Shown: positions 28,834-38,228, counted from the stretch's first letter. The stretch is DNA of 62,357 nt from an uncultured Candidatus Saccharibacteria bacterium (GCA_964566505.1 CAZMIM010000004.1:1-62357); one strand, 5' to 3'. The notes: generated by a model from the sequence alone, not told the origin. Made by a program: numbers and translations.

Positions 28834-29887
28834 TTTCAAGAACCTTTTCTGCCGCTAGAACAGAGTTACCAATCTTTCCTGAAAATACATTTATTACCCC
28901 ACTTTCTGTTTTAGAAACAATAGTAGGTCTCTCATCAGTATGATCCACATAAGGGAGAACTGTTCTTACAGTAAAGAAAGATCCGACATGCTCAGCGTCT
29001 TTTATATCTGGCATAAACTCCTCTGCTGATTTTATAAACTCTCCTATATTAGAAATAGGAGGGTTTTTTATAAGACCGTTATCAATAAGGTCTTCATATT
29101 CGCTTGGAATCTCTGGATAGTACCCTGTATTTGTTCTATGTATTGCATGTACCACATTTCCCATAAGATGCATGTCTGTGTCTCCATATGGGTCAATGCA
29201 CATAAATGGCCCATCAAGTATCACAAGGCTCACTCCTTTAAACTTATCTGGAAGCTTCAATAAAACCTTTTCACACAATTCATATTGGTAGTGATGCGAA
29301 TCCTCAGAATCGTCTGAAAATAAGTGGTTTGTATTTGCATATGTACAATTCACAACATGGTCATATTCAGGCACTTGTTCGCTACTAAACCGCTCTCCAA
29401 GGCGTAGTGTAACGTCTGAGTCATTTAGCCTCTGTGTAATTATTTCTTTTAGCTTCATTGGGTTAATAAGAGACTCTTCAACCAAAAATGTCTTTTCTAT
29501 ACGATCATCGTCAACAATATCTACATCTGCCTCCTCATAAAAAAGCCCGCATGTATCACAAAACTTTTTATATTGCTTTGCGTCTGTTTTTGTGTCTTCT
29601 TTGGCAATCGCATAATAGTTATTATAAGTTGGAATAACAGCATCACGATATAACGACAAGAAAGACTCCTCTGCCTTTTTTGAAGAAAATGCAGTATCAA
29701 GACTGCGAGGGTAATGATAACCACGATGAAGACGAAACTGATTTATACCAGAGGCAGACTGTAGTATGTCGTCATTTTTCTCAAATAGCTCAACTTCAAA
29801 ACCAGCTTCATCAAGATGAAGCGCTGTTGTTGTTCCAAATATTCCTCCACCTATAACTGCAATTTTCTTAGACATACTCCGATACAA
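28814..29887 (-). CDS. FAD-dependent oxidoreductase (DAO-like)
   Basis: KIAVIGGGIFGTTTALHL dinucleotide-binding motif. The start may be MSKK at 29875. Confidence 0.7.
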   Translation of the reverse strand: MYRSMSKKIAVIGGGIFGTTTALHLDEAGFEVELFEKNDDILQSASGINQFRLHRGYHYPRSLDTAFSSKKAEESFLSLYRDAVIPTYNNYYAIAKEDTKTDAKQYKKFCDTCGLFYEEADVDIVDDDRIEKTFLVEESLINPMKLKEIITQRLNDSDVTLRLGERFSSEQVPEYDHVVNCTYANTNHLFSDDSEDSHHYQYELCEKVLLKLPDKFKGVSLVILDGPFMCIDPYGDTDMHLMGNVVHAIHRTNTGYYPEIPSEYEDLIDNGLIKNPPISNIGEFIKSAEEFMPDIKDAEHVGSFFTVRTVLPYVDHTDERPTIVSKTESGVINVFSGKIGNSVLAAEKVLEIIASND

Positions 29888-31004
29888 AAACCCGATTCAT
29901 TTCCTTTGAAATAATTTCCCAGTTATATCGAGTGATCACCATCTCTTGTGCATTTACAATCACTCGTGTTTTTAGAGCAGGATCAGAAAGAAGGTTCTCT
30001 ATGGCAACCGCAATACTCTTTGGGTCGCTGGCATTACAAAAAACACCTGTAACTTTGTCTTCCAGAAAATCAACAATACCGCCAACGGGTGTTGCTATCA
30101 CTGGCAAGCCTGCAGCCATTGCTTCAAGAAATGAGATTCCTTGCCCCTCTGAAAGTGATGGGCGACAAAAGATATCTGACGCTGCCAGATATCGAGGAAT
30201 ATCCTCAAAAGGCACAGAGCCAGCAAACACAACATTTTCTGGAGCACTATTTTCAAGCGAACTTCGAAGCTCACCATCACCAACAACAAGAAATGTTATG
30301 TCCGGCAACATCACAGCAGATTTTATCAAGTCACCCACAGCGTTCTTTTTAACAAGTCGTGATGTTGTAACAACAACAGTTGCATTTTCATCAATCCCGA
30401 GCTTTTCACGAACACCATCACCAGACGCATTACTGAAACGCTCAAAATCAACACCGTTTGGCACTATAGTTATTGGAGTGTCAGGACTATTTCTCTCAGC
30501 TCTTTTACGCAAATAGTGACTTATAGCTGTTATATGGTCAGCCACACGAAACACCGATAGATATATAGGACGCACAATATATTTGTATAAAAAGTCGCTC
30601 CCAAATACATATCTCTTTAGGTGCTCTTCCTCATCACCTTCTTGCAGAGTCAACACAAGTCTTACATCAGGAAACTTCTTTTTAAATCGTGCGCCAGCAA
30701 TAGATGCTTGTGATGCCATCATAACCCAAGCATGTGTATATTCGTTTTCTCTGTGCAAAGAAACTGCTTTCCGAAGTCCTGTAAATGGTATTAGCCACTT
30801 ATCAAGCACAGCTCCAAAACCAACTCTATAAACCGTAACATTTCCTATTGTCTCAACTTCTTTATTTGAAGAGCTATATCGAGGCACCACCATATCAAAA
30901 GAAAGTTCGTCATCTCCTAGATGATCAGTAATCTCTTTTATAGCAACCTCTGCGCCTCCAATATACGGAAAATAGTTTGTTGAAAAAATAAGTACTTTCT
31001 TCAT
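29868..31004 (-). CDS. GT4-family glycosyltransferase
   Basis: PSLSEGQGISFLEAMAAGLPVIATPVGG motif. Confidence 0.85.
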   Translation of the reverse strand: MKKVLIFSTNYFPYIGGAEVAIKEITDHLGDDELSFDMVVPRYSSSNKEVETIGNVTVYRVGFGAVLDKWLIPFTGLRKAVSLHRENEYTHAWVMMASQASIAGARFKKKFPDVRLVLTLQEGDEEEHLKRYVFGSDFLYKYIVRPIYLSVFRVADHITAISHYLRKRAERNSPDTPITIVPNGVDFERFSNASGDGVREKLGIDENATVVVTTSRLVKKNAVGDLIKSAVMLPDITFLVVGDGELRSSLENSAPENVVFAGSVPFEDIPRYLAASDIFCRPSLSEGQGISFLEAMAAGLPVIATPVGGIVDFLEDKVTGVFCNASDPKSIAVAIENLLSDPALKTRVIVNAQEMVITRYNWEIISKEMNRVFVSEYV

Positions 31005-31005
31005 A

Positions 31006-31863
31006 TTATTGTTTACACTCTTTTATATACTCCTCAAGACTTACTTTCGCCTCCCAACCTAAGTCGTCTTTTGTCTTTGATAAATCAAGAACTGACTCTT
31101 TTCTATCACCAGGCAATTCTGGCAACTCTTTTATCTCACCACCAAAAAGTTCTGCAACCTCTCGCACTGTATATGAGCGCTCATTTCCAAGCGCATACCC
31201 ATCTCCTGAACCTTTCTCTTCTGCAAGAATAAGCCCCCGAACAATGTCAGATACATGTGTAAAATTACGCTTTTGTGTCCCTGGCTTCACGACAGTCAGG
31301 GGTTCTCCGTTCAGATATTTTTGTCTAAAAATCTCAATAAGAGTCCCATATTTTCCCGAACGCTCACGAGGACCAAAAACGTTATAGAAATAGACTGTCA
31401 CAAAATCAAGGTCAAACCACTCTCCATACTGCACCACAAGGTCAGTGTTTCGTGACTTGCTCCAAGCATATGGCGACTGATCTTTTCCTTCTCCTTTGTC
31501 ACCAAACTTTGTAGATGAGCCCGCATACACAACACGACAATCGTTCTTTCTACAAAACTCAAGCACTTTAAATGTTCCGTGAACATTGTATTCCCACACC
31601 ACATCAACGTCATCAAACGATGCAGATGTTCGAGCATATTCACCAAGATGAAAAACAGTGTCAGGAGAAACACCATCAAGAAGCGTTTCTATGTCCTTTG
31701 TGTGTCCTTCGATATATCGAGCTCCATCTATGTGATTTTCTTTTGAACCTGTTGAATAGTTGTCGATAGAAATCACCTCGTTATTTGAATTTTTAACAAG
31801 CTCTTCAATGAGATTTGAACCTACAAATCCTGCTCCTCCTGTTACTACAATAGTTTTACTCAT
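31006..31863 (-). CDS. NAD-dependent sugar epimerase/dehydratase (short-chain, extended SDR)
   Basis: VTGGAGFVGSNL motif and YxxxK (YAWSK). Confidence 0.85.
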   Translation of the reverse strand: MSKTIVVTGGAGFVGSNLIEELVKNSNNEVISIDNYSTGSKENHIDGARYIEGHTKDIETLLDGVSPDTVFHLGEYARTSASFDDVDVVWEYNVHGTFKVLEFCRKNDCRVVYAGSSTKFGDKGEGKDQSPYAWSKSRNTDLVVQYGEWFDLDFVTVYFYNVFGPRERSGKYGTLIEIFRQKYLNGEPLTVVKPGTQKRNFTHVSDIVRGLILAEEKGSGDGYALGNERSYTVREVAELFGGEIKELPELPGDRKESVLDLSKTKDDLGWEAKVSLEEYIKECKQ

Positions 31864-31877
31864 AAAAATGTTTTAAA

Positions 31878-31896
31878 CGGGGCGCAGAGCGCCCCG
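31878..31896 (-). terminator. GC-rich hairpin after the LTD-PKD gene
   Basis: cggggcgc-aga-gcgccccg; the minus strand continues tttaaaacattttt. Confidence 0.55.
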
Positions 31897-31942
31897 AAGT
31901 CTTTTATATACATTCCACAATATCGCAAAATAGACCTAAAAT

Positions 31943-33520
31943 CTACTCACTCGATATGTCTTCTATATCAATATCCGACTCTGTTATATCCAAACCAGAA
32001 CCCAAATCAACCCCGTACTCAGAGTTGAGAACATCTTCTATGCTCACAACATTCTCCATAACATCTACATCTTTGTTATTCTCGGGCTCAAAAGAAAATA
32101 TCTCATCAACTCCAACTATCACAAACGAAAGAACCACAACACCTGCAAGAACAAGAACAGACACAGCCCACACCACAATAGAACCATCGAAAAACGGTTC
32201 TCCGCCACTATCTCTGTTTACCCCAGCAAGCGCCACACTTGCGCTCAAATCAGTCTCAATCTCATAATTTTCCTGAACTTCTTCTTCAGCCACAGGCGCT
32301 TCCTCAAAAACAGCAATTTCTGGCTCTATTTCATAGCTATTTTCCAAATGCAAATCATTTGCATTTGGAGTAGGGAGGCTTTGTTGAGCTATATTTTGAT
32401 TATTTTTAGCATATATATATGCAAGCGCTGTATTTGGATACAAAAGACGTATTTCATCATTCTCATCCACAAAAATGCCCGTTATAGAGCTGTCAAAACG
32501 CACCTCACTTCCCTTCTTTATATGGGTGCCATGAGGTATCTCAAAATATACATTCCCCGACTCTATATACCACCCTGAAACCTCTATATCATGCTCTGTT
32601 TCATTAACCACAGATATATAACCATCTGAAAGTTCTGTCTTTTCTATACTCACCTCACTAATCACAACATCTGCTGGTATTGCTGTTACATAAAGAGTGT
32701 CAGATGTAGAAAAGACTCCCGACACAACATCAAGCACAACAATATACTCACCCGGATATGTATATGTATGGACAACATCTTTACCTTCTGCCACACCGCC
32801 ATCACCAAAATTCCACCGATAACGCTCGGCATCGAGCGGTTCTCCATTTACACCTTCAGTTTGTGCAGAAAAAGAAACTCGTGAGCCCACAAGCTCTACT
32901 CTATCTTCTCCGCCATATGCCCGAATTGTCGGGAGCGGACCGGCAACAAATTGTGACGAGTTTGTATTTTGCTCTGTTTGATTTTGTTGATTTTGAGTCT
33001 CTTGGTTGTCCTCCTCCACGGCCTCTACACAATCTGCATCGCCCGGTGTTGCTAATGCAGGTACCCACACATCACCAGATAAAGTTAGAGTATTTCCATC
33101 ACCACTAGCCCCCGTTTCACTTGAATATGTATATGAGTCTGTTGTAGCGAGCTCTGTATCTCGAATCTCCAAAAGCTCTCCTGTGTTTGAAAGTGAAAAA
33201 GAACTATCAAAAAGTGTTCCTGAAAATGCTGGCCAATCAATCAAAAACTTTGAGTCATCAGATACAATCACTGCACTCTCTCCAGATAAAAGTGTCTTGT
33301 CTCCATATCCATCAACAAGTGAAAGACCGTGGTTTGAACCATTTTCAAAAAACTTCCATCCATCTATATCTACTGAGTCATTTCCCGAATTGCAAATCTC
33401 TATCCACTCACGCCCGCTATCAGAACCTTCAAGGTCGTACATTATTTCTGTTATCTTCACTTGAGCAGAAAGAGTAAACGGAATTAATAAAATAGAAAAT
33501 ATGTAGAGTATGTATTTCAT
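31943..33520 (-). CDS. secreted LTD - PKD - LTD protein with a C-terminal TM anchor and acidic tail
   Basis: Signal peptide MKYILYIFSILLIPFTLSA. Lamin-tail-domain motif ITEIMYDLEGSDSGREWIEICN and a second LTD-like region. PKD motif WNFGDGGVAEGKDVVHTYTYPGEY. C-terminal helix VVWAVSVLVLAGVVVLSFVIV. Confidence 0.75.
   Translation of the reverse strand: MKYILYIFSILLIPFTLSAQVKITEIMYDLEGSDSGREWIEICNSGNDSVDIDGWKFFENGSNHGLSLVDGYGDKTLLSGESAVIVSDDSKFLIDWPAFSGTLFDSSFSLSNTGELLEIRDTELATTDSYTYSSETGASGDGNTLTLSGDVWVPALATPGDADCVEAVEEDNQETQNQQNQTEQNTNSSQFVAGPLPTIRAYGGEDRVELVGSRVSFSAQTEGVNGEPLDAERYRWNFGDGGVAEGKDVVHTYTYPGEYIVVLDVVSGVFSTSDTLYVTAIPADVVISEVSIEKTELSDGYISVVNETEHDIEVSGWYIESGNVYFEIPHGTHIKKGSEVRFDSSITGIFVDENDEIRLLYPNTALAYIYAKNNQNIAQQSLPTPNANDLHLENSYEIEPEIAVFEEAPVAEEEVQENYEIETDLSASVALAGVNRDSGGEPFFDGSIVVWAVSVLVLAGVVVLSFVIVGVDEIFSFEPENNKDVDVMENVVSIEDVLNSEYGVDLGSGLDITESDIDIEDISSE
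32343..32369. repeat. palindrome family 2 copy inside the LTD-PKD CDS
   Basis: tccaaatgcaaat-c-atttgcatttgga. Its 25-nt core is identical to the 10151-10175 copy except the centre base. It is read in frame as PNANDLHLE. Confidence 0.8.
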
Positions 33521-33574
33521 ATTTTTTGGTTAGCTACTAATAAAAAATCCGCGCCAGAGTAGTTTCTGCGCGGA

Positions 33575-35509
33575 TTATTTTGGTCTCGGAACATTAAGCA
33601 TTTTCTCAAGTTCTCGGCGTGGTATTTCTTGTATTCCCGGTCGTGTATTTTTAGCCTTTTGGAATGTTTTTGAGGGCTCACTTGAGCTGTTTTCTTCACT
33701 TTGTTTTGGCTGAGGATTCTTTGGTGCTTCTGTTTGAGAGCTCAACTGCTTCACTATTTTACCAACATGGGTATCTCCCTCTCTAACCTTTCTTACCTCG
33801 TCTCCTACTTGCTTCATCTGCTCCTCTACACCTTTTTGAGCATCTTTGATTACATCAGCCAATGCATTTCGAAGGTCAGAGATTTCTTCTTTTCCTTTAT
33901 TTTGCTCTTGCTGTTTCTTTTTCTTTTCTTTTCTTTCATCTTGCTTCTTCTGCTCAAGCTGGCGAAGTGATATTGCCTCTTGAATTTTGTCCTCTCGATT
34001 GCTTTGCTTATTTTTGTTATGAGGTGCGGGAGAATTATTTTTATTTCTATTACCTCTGTCATTTCCTCTACCTCCACTATTATTTCTACGATTTTCTGCA
34101 AGACTTCTCTTTCTTTGCTCCTCTGCTTCATTCTTTCTCATCTGTGACACACTAACACCTTCTTCTTTTGCTTTTTCTCGTGCTTTATCTACTTGAGGAT
34201 CATCGAGTAGCCCAGCATGAGACTGCGTCCATCGCAAAATAATATCCTCCACATCCGCCTTTGGTTTTGCAAATGATTTGCGCGAGTGTTCTATGATTCT
34301 GTCTTTTATAGACATCGCAGGCTCTGGTATAGGAGGAAGCGTGCGTGCAGAGAATGGCCTAGAGCCAATACCGTCAATCATGAGCTTTAGATAAATTTGT
34401 GCAAATCCGAGGTTCACCAAATCTTCTGCGGTAAACTCTGGCGCAAACTCTTTCTCAAAAATATCCGCGTCATACGAACCGACTCGAAAGGCAATCATTG
34501 TTCCCACGTTTCCAAACACGGCCGCTCGCACTTCCTCTGACATCTGCTCTACATATTGGTGAGCAATAGTAAGGTTGAGCTTGTATTTTCGTGCCTCAGA
34601 GAGAATGTCTGCAAAACTCTCATTAGCAAATGACTGAAACTCATCCACATAAAGATAAAAGTTTGGAAGTGCTGCCATTTCAGAACCAGTGGCATCCGCT
34701 CGTGACATCGCACCAAGGTATATCTTGGTAATAAGCATAGAACCGATAAGATTTGCATTGTCTTCACCAACCTTTCCTTTTGAGAGGTTTATTATGAAAA
34801 TCTTTTTCTTGTCCATGATTTCACGAACATCAAAACTGGAGTGGGGCTGACCCACAATATTTCGAATCAGTGGATTTGAAATAAACTGTCCAATCTTGTT
34901 CTGGATAGCGGCTCCAGCTTCTTGCATATACCTTTCTCCATATTTTGCGAACTCATCTTCCCAAAAACTCTTAACTGAAACATCAGTAATATTTGCGATA
35001 ACTTTCTTGCGATATGTTTTATCTGCAAGCATTCGGTTTACTCCCAAAATAGTTGCATCTGGATACTCTAAAAGAGCAAGTAGAATATTGTTGAGAATGT
35101 ACTCCATCCGGGCAGACCACATGTCTTTCCAAATCTTTTTAAATGCACTCATAAGACCTGCGGCAACAAGGTGCCTTCTATCAGGACCCACATCCTCCAT
35201 TACGTTAAATGAAATAGGATAGTCTAGATCAAAAGGCGCAAAGTAAAGCACATCATCCATTCTGTTCTCCTCTATATATTCAAGCAAAAGATCAGCGGTC
35301 TTTCCGTGCGGATCAATAAAAGCAAATCCATTACCTTGCTGTATGTCCTGCACAGCCATGTTCTCAAGCAAAGTAGACTTTCCCATACCAGTTTTACCAA
35401 TCACATACATGTGCCGAGTACGATCCTTGGCTTTTATTCCAAATCTTTTATTTTTGTTGCGATAGTCTGTCTCCGCAAAATATGAAATTCTATCATCGTA
35501 TGGATTCAT
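33575..35509 (-). CDS. VirD4/TraD/TraG-type P-loop NTPase (coupling-protein-like), with no TM and a ~200-aa charged tail
   Basis: Walker A VIGKTGMGKST, Walker B YLYVDEFQSF and ARKYKLNLTIAHQYVEQM. No N-terminal hydrophobic helices. The C-terminus is K/E/R/N/Q low complexity. Confidence 0.7.
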   Translation of the reverse strand: MNPYDDRISYFAETDYRNKNKRFGIKAKDRTRHMYVIGKTGMGKSTLLENMAVQDIQQGNGFAFIDPHGKTADLLLEYIEENRMDDVLYFAPFDLDYPISFNVMEDVGPDRRHLVAAGLMSAFKKIWKDMWSARMEYILNNILLALLEYPDATILGVNRMLADKTYRKKVIANITDVSVKSFWEDEFAKYGERYMQEAGAAIQNKIGQFISNPLIRNIVGQPHSSFDVREIMDKKKIFIINLSKGKVGEDNANLIGSMLITKIYLGAMSRADATGSEMAALPNFYLYVDEFQSFANESFADILSEARKYKLNLTIAHQYVEQMSEEVRAAVFGNVGTMIAFRVGSYDADIFEKEFAPEFTAEDLVNLGFAQIYLKLMIDGIGSRPFSARTLPPIPEPAMSIKDRIIEHSRKSFAKPKADVEDIILRWTQSHAGLLDDPQVDKAREKAKEEGVSVSQMRKNEAEEQRKRSLAENRRNNSGGRGNDRGNRNKNNSPAPHNKNKQSNREDKIQEAISLRQLEQKKQDERKEKKKKQQEQNKGKEEISDLRNALADVIKDAQKGVEEQMKQVGDEVRKVREGDTHVGKIVKQLSSQTEAPKNPQPKQSEENSSSEPSKTFQKAKNTRPGIQEIPRRELEKMLNVPRPK

Positions 35510-35539
35510 CCCGTTAGAAATAATTAATTGTTTGAATAC

Positions 35540-35548
35540 ATTGTATCA
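35540..35548 (-). promoter_or_regulatory. extended -10-like element (TGATACAAT) upstream of the ATPase gene
   Basis: The minus strand reads TGATACAAT about 30 nt upstream of the ATG at 35509. It lies in an AT-rich element that is also present at 62027-62075. Confidence 0.3.
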
Positions 35549-35618
35549 TTGTGAATTTAATGAAAATTGAGAATTGTAAATTGAAAATTACTATCTCTAT
35601 TATACAAAGATTTGCTAA

Positions 35619-38228
35619 CTAATATCCAAGGTTATACAGAGCCTGCACCTCGGCGTCTGTAAGTGTCCTGTTATATACTCTCACATCATCAACTGAACCA
35701 TCCCATCGAAAAGAGCTTCCCGTGGCACCAATATAAGAAGGTCCTGTTATGTCTATATTTGTAGAGTTAGACAATGTTCCAATACTTGTATTGTCTATAA
35801 ACAATTCTGCAGTTGTTCCAGTACGCCTAAAGACCAGATGGTGCCAATCTCCGTCATTATAAAAAGTTGTGGTGCGAATATAAGGACTACCTCCGCTCAT
35901 CCAATAAACCCATACTCCATATGAACCATCATTAAAATCAAAAGAAAGATTATTGCCTGAGCCAGAACCCAAATTAAAAGCATGCATTCTACTTGAACTA
36001 TCTGTTTTAAACCAAAAACTAACCGCAAGATCTCCTGTGCCAAAATCAAAGTCTGCTGTGTCAGGAATACTCACAGAATCGTCCGTTCCATCAAATAAAA
36101 GCGCCTGACCAATCTTTCCTATTGTAGTAGTTGTGGCAGATTGGCCTGAAATAGTTCCATTATTACCTTGTCCACTAACATCAGATACATTGCTATACAT
36201 GTCTTTCCCGTCAAAAGTCCAATGTCCAACTAGGCCGTCATTTGCACTACTTGTGAGCGTTTTATTTATCTTGCTTGGTCGAGTTGCGTTGTATATACGC
36301 TTTATCTCATCTTCACTAAGAGTTCTGGTTGCGTATATACGCAAGTCATCCATAGTGCCAATAAGACCAGCGCCAGAAGAGGCCCAATTCCTACCAATTC
36401 TATTTACAGGACCAGTGTTTGTTACATCAGAATCAACATCATTTGCATCCAATACTCCATCTACATACATGTCCATTGTTAATGTATCTCCATCATTTGC
36501 CCATACAAGATGATGCCATTCTCCGTCTGTTATATTTGTTACACCAGATTCAGTGTTCCAAACACCATCGTAGTGATAATAAGTTATTTTATTGCTTATT
36601 ATACGAAAAGCATTAGATACTGGTCCACCAGATTGATTGGTTAATATATCCATTGTGCCAGAACCAGTTGTTTTAACCCATGCAGATACAGTCCAGTCTG
36701 TATCACCTAGCTCAATGCTTGTATCTAAATCGACCTGATCATCAGTTCCATCAAAATACATTCCCTGACCTATTCTTCCTACTTCTGTATACGCACCTCC
36801 CTCAATATGTCCATCATTACCACCAATAACATCAAATACCGTGTCTGTATCAGTATCAGCACCATCAAATGTAAACCAGTGTGTAAGTCCAGAAATCTCT
36901 GAAAGATATTTCTTTGTACCAATATTTGTTTTTCCTAGGTTATATAGAGCTTTTACTTCAGTATCAGAAAGACTCCTGTTATATATACGAAATTCATCTA
37001 TTGGACCATCCCAATGCAACTCATTACTTGGATAAAATCTTTTACCTATTGCAAAGTCATTTCCTGAATCAGTATTAAGAAAATATCCAGAAGTAACAGC
37101 GCTTCCGTGTGAAAACGTTACTGTTTTTTCTACCCCATCTATATATATTCTGTTATCAGAACCATCAACAACAACTACAACGTGGTGCCACTCACCATCT
37201 TGATATGCAGTATGACCCTCTCTTACATACATACCCAATCGTGTTGTGCCACCTGAAGTAATATTAAAATTAAGACTTTCATCTGTATAAGAGCCAGTCC
37301 AAGAACCAACCCCAATGTTTCCATAGTTTGTAGTAGAACCATCTTCCCCAAAACCAAACACCACACCAGCACCAGTATCGCTTGTCTTAAACCAGGCTGA
37401 TATTGAACCAGAAGAAAGCGAGAGCTCAGAGCTTGAAATATCTACATACTCAGTAGAGCCATCAAAATCAAAAGCTCCATTATTGTCATTTTTATGACCT
37501 GTAGCGAGCGTGATACTATCAAATAAGTCGCCATGGTTTCCGTTTCCGCTCGAATCTGCCGCCTGAAGTTTTTGTACCGAAAAATCATCTACCAAAAAAT
37601 CCCCCTGTGATGCATTTGATGTAGTTCTAATATACGGATCAATGGTGGTGCTTGTAGATTCCACAACGGACCAGTAATGCGTCCAGGTTGTTGTAGATAT
37701 ATTAGAAAAAGAACCCCCAGACATATATGAAGCGCTTTCTCTTATAACTCCATTATTTATAGAAAAATATGGGGTTGTAGGAACATCGACATCTTTTACC
37801 CATGCAGACATAAAATACAACTCACCGTCTGCAGTAACCATACCATCCTCCCAAAAAGCAATAGAGCTTACCGTTGAGTTTGTAAGCCGTGCAGATTTAC
37901 TCCCTCTATATACATCAGTTGTCTCTTCTGCACGAGCGCCGTCTGTTTTTGCATCAAAGCTCCAGTTGCTTGTAACACCATCCTCCATGTCCCAGTTTGT
38001 ATTCAGCTCACCAGCACCTTGCCGCCCATCCACGCCGAGTTTCCAGTATCCTACAAGACCCAGATTATTGCTTGGCTTTTTCAACACCGCCGCCTCTACC
38101 ACATTCGGCATTATCAAAACCCCGAGCCCCAAAACCCCCACCACCAAAACCATTCCATATCTATTCCCTTTAGAGTGTGAGAACCTGGTTCTCACACTCT
38201 TTTTTGATTTATTCCAAAACATAGTCAT
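35619..38228 (-). CDS. membrane-anchored CBM-like + 3x LamG (Laminin_G_3 / concanavalin-A-like lectin) protein
   Basis: N-terminal anchor. Three repeats each ending in DEFRIYNRSLSDTEVKALYNLG, DDLRIYATRTLSEDEIKRIYN or DDVRVYNRTLTDAEVQALYNLG, with FDG(T/S)DD and (E/D)WHH(V/L)V cores. A CBM4_9-like N-domain precedes them. Confidence 0.8.
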   Translation of the reverse strand: MTMFWNKSKKSVRTRFSHSKGNRYGMVLVVGVLGLGVLIMPNVVEAAVLKKPSNNLGLVGYWKLGVDGRQGAGELNTNWDMEDGVTSNWSFDAKTDGARAEETTDVYRGSKSARLTNSTVSSIAFWEDGMVTADGELYFMSAWVKDVDVPTTPYFSINNGVIRESASYMSGGSFSNISTTTWTHYWSVVESTSTTIDPYIRTTSNASQGDFLVDDFSVQKLQAADSSGNGNHGDLFDSITLATGHKNDNNGAFDFDGSTEYVDISSSELSLSSGSISAWFKTSDTGAGVVFGFGEDGSTTNYGNIGVGSWTGSYTDESLNFNITSGGTTRLGMYVREGHTAYQDGEWHHVVVVVDGSDNRIYIDGVEKTVTFSHGSAVTSGYFLNTDSGNDFAIGKRFYPSNELHWDGPIDEFRIYNRSLSDTEVKALYNLGKTNIGTKKYLSEISGLTHWFTFDGADTDTDTVFDVIGGNDGHIEGGAYTEVGRIGQGMYFDGTDDQVDLDTSIELGDTDWTVSAWVKTTGSGTMDILTNQSGGPVSNAFRIISNKITYYHYDGVWNTESGVTNITDGEWHHLVWANDGDTLTMDMYVDGVLDANDVDSDVTNTGPVNRIGRNWASSGAGLIGTMDDLRIYATRTLSEDEIKRIYNATRPSKINKTLTSSANDGLVGHWTFDGKDMYSNVSDVSGQGNNGTISGQSATTTTIGKIGQALLFDGTDDSVSIPDTADFDFGTGDLAVSFWFKTDSSSRMHAFNLGSGSGNNLSFDFNDGSYGVWVYWMSGGSPYIRTTTFYNDGDWHHLVFRRTGTTAELFIDNTSIGTLSNSTNIDITGPSYIGATGSSFRWDGSVDDVRVYNRTLTDAEVQALYNLGY

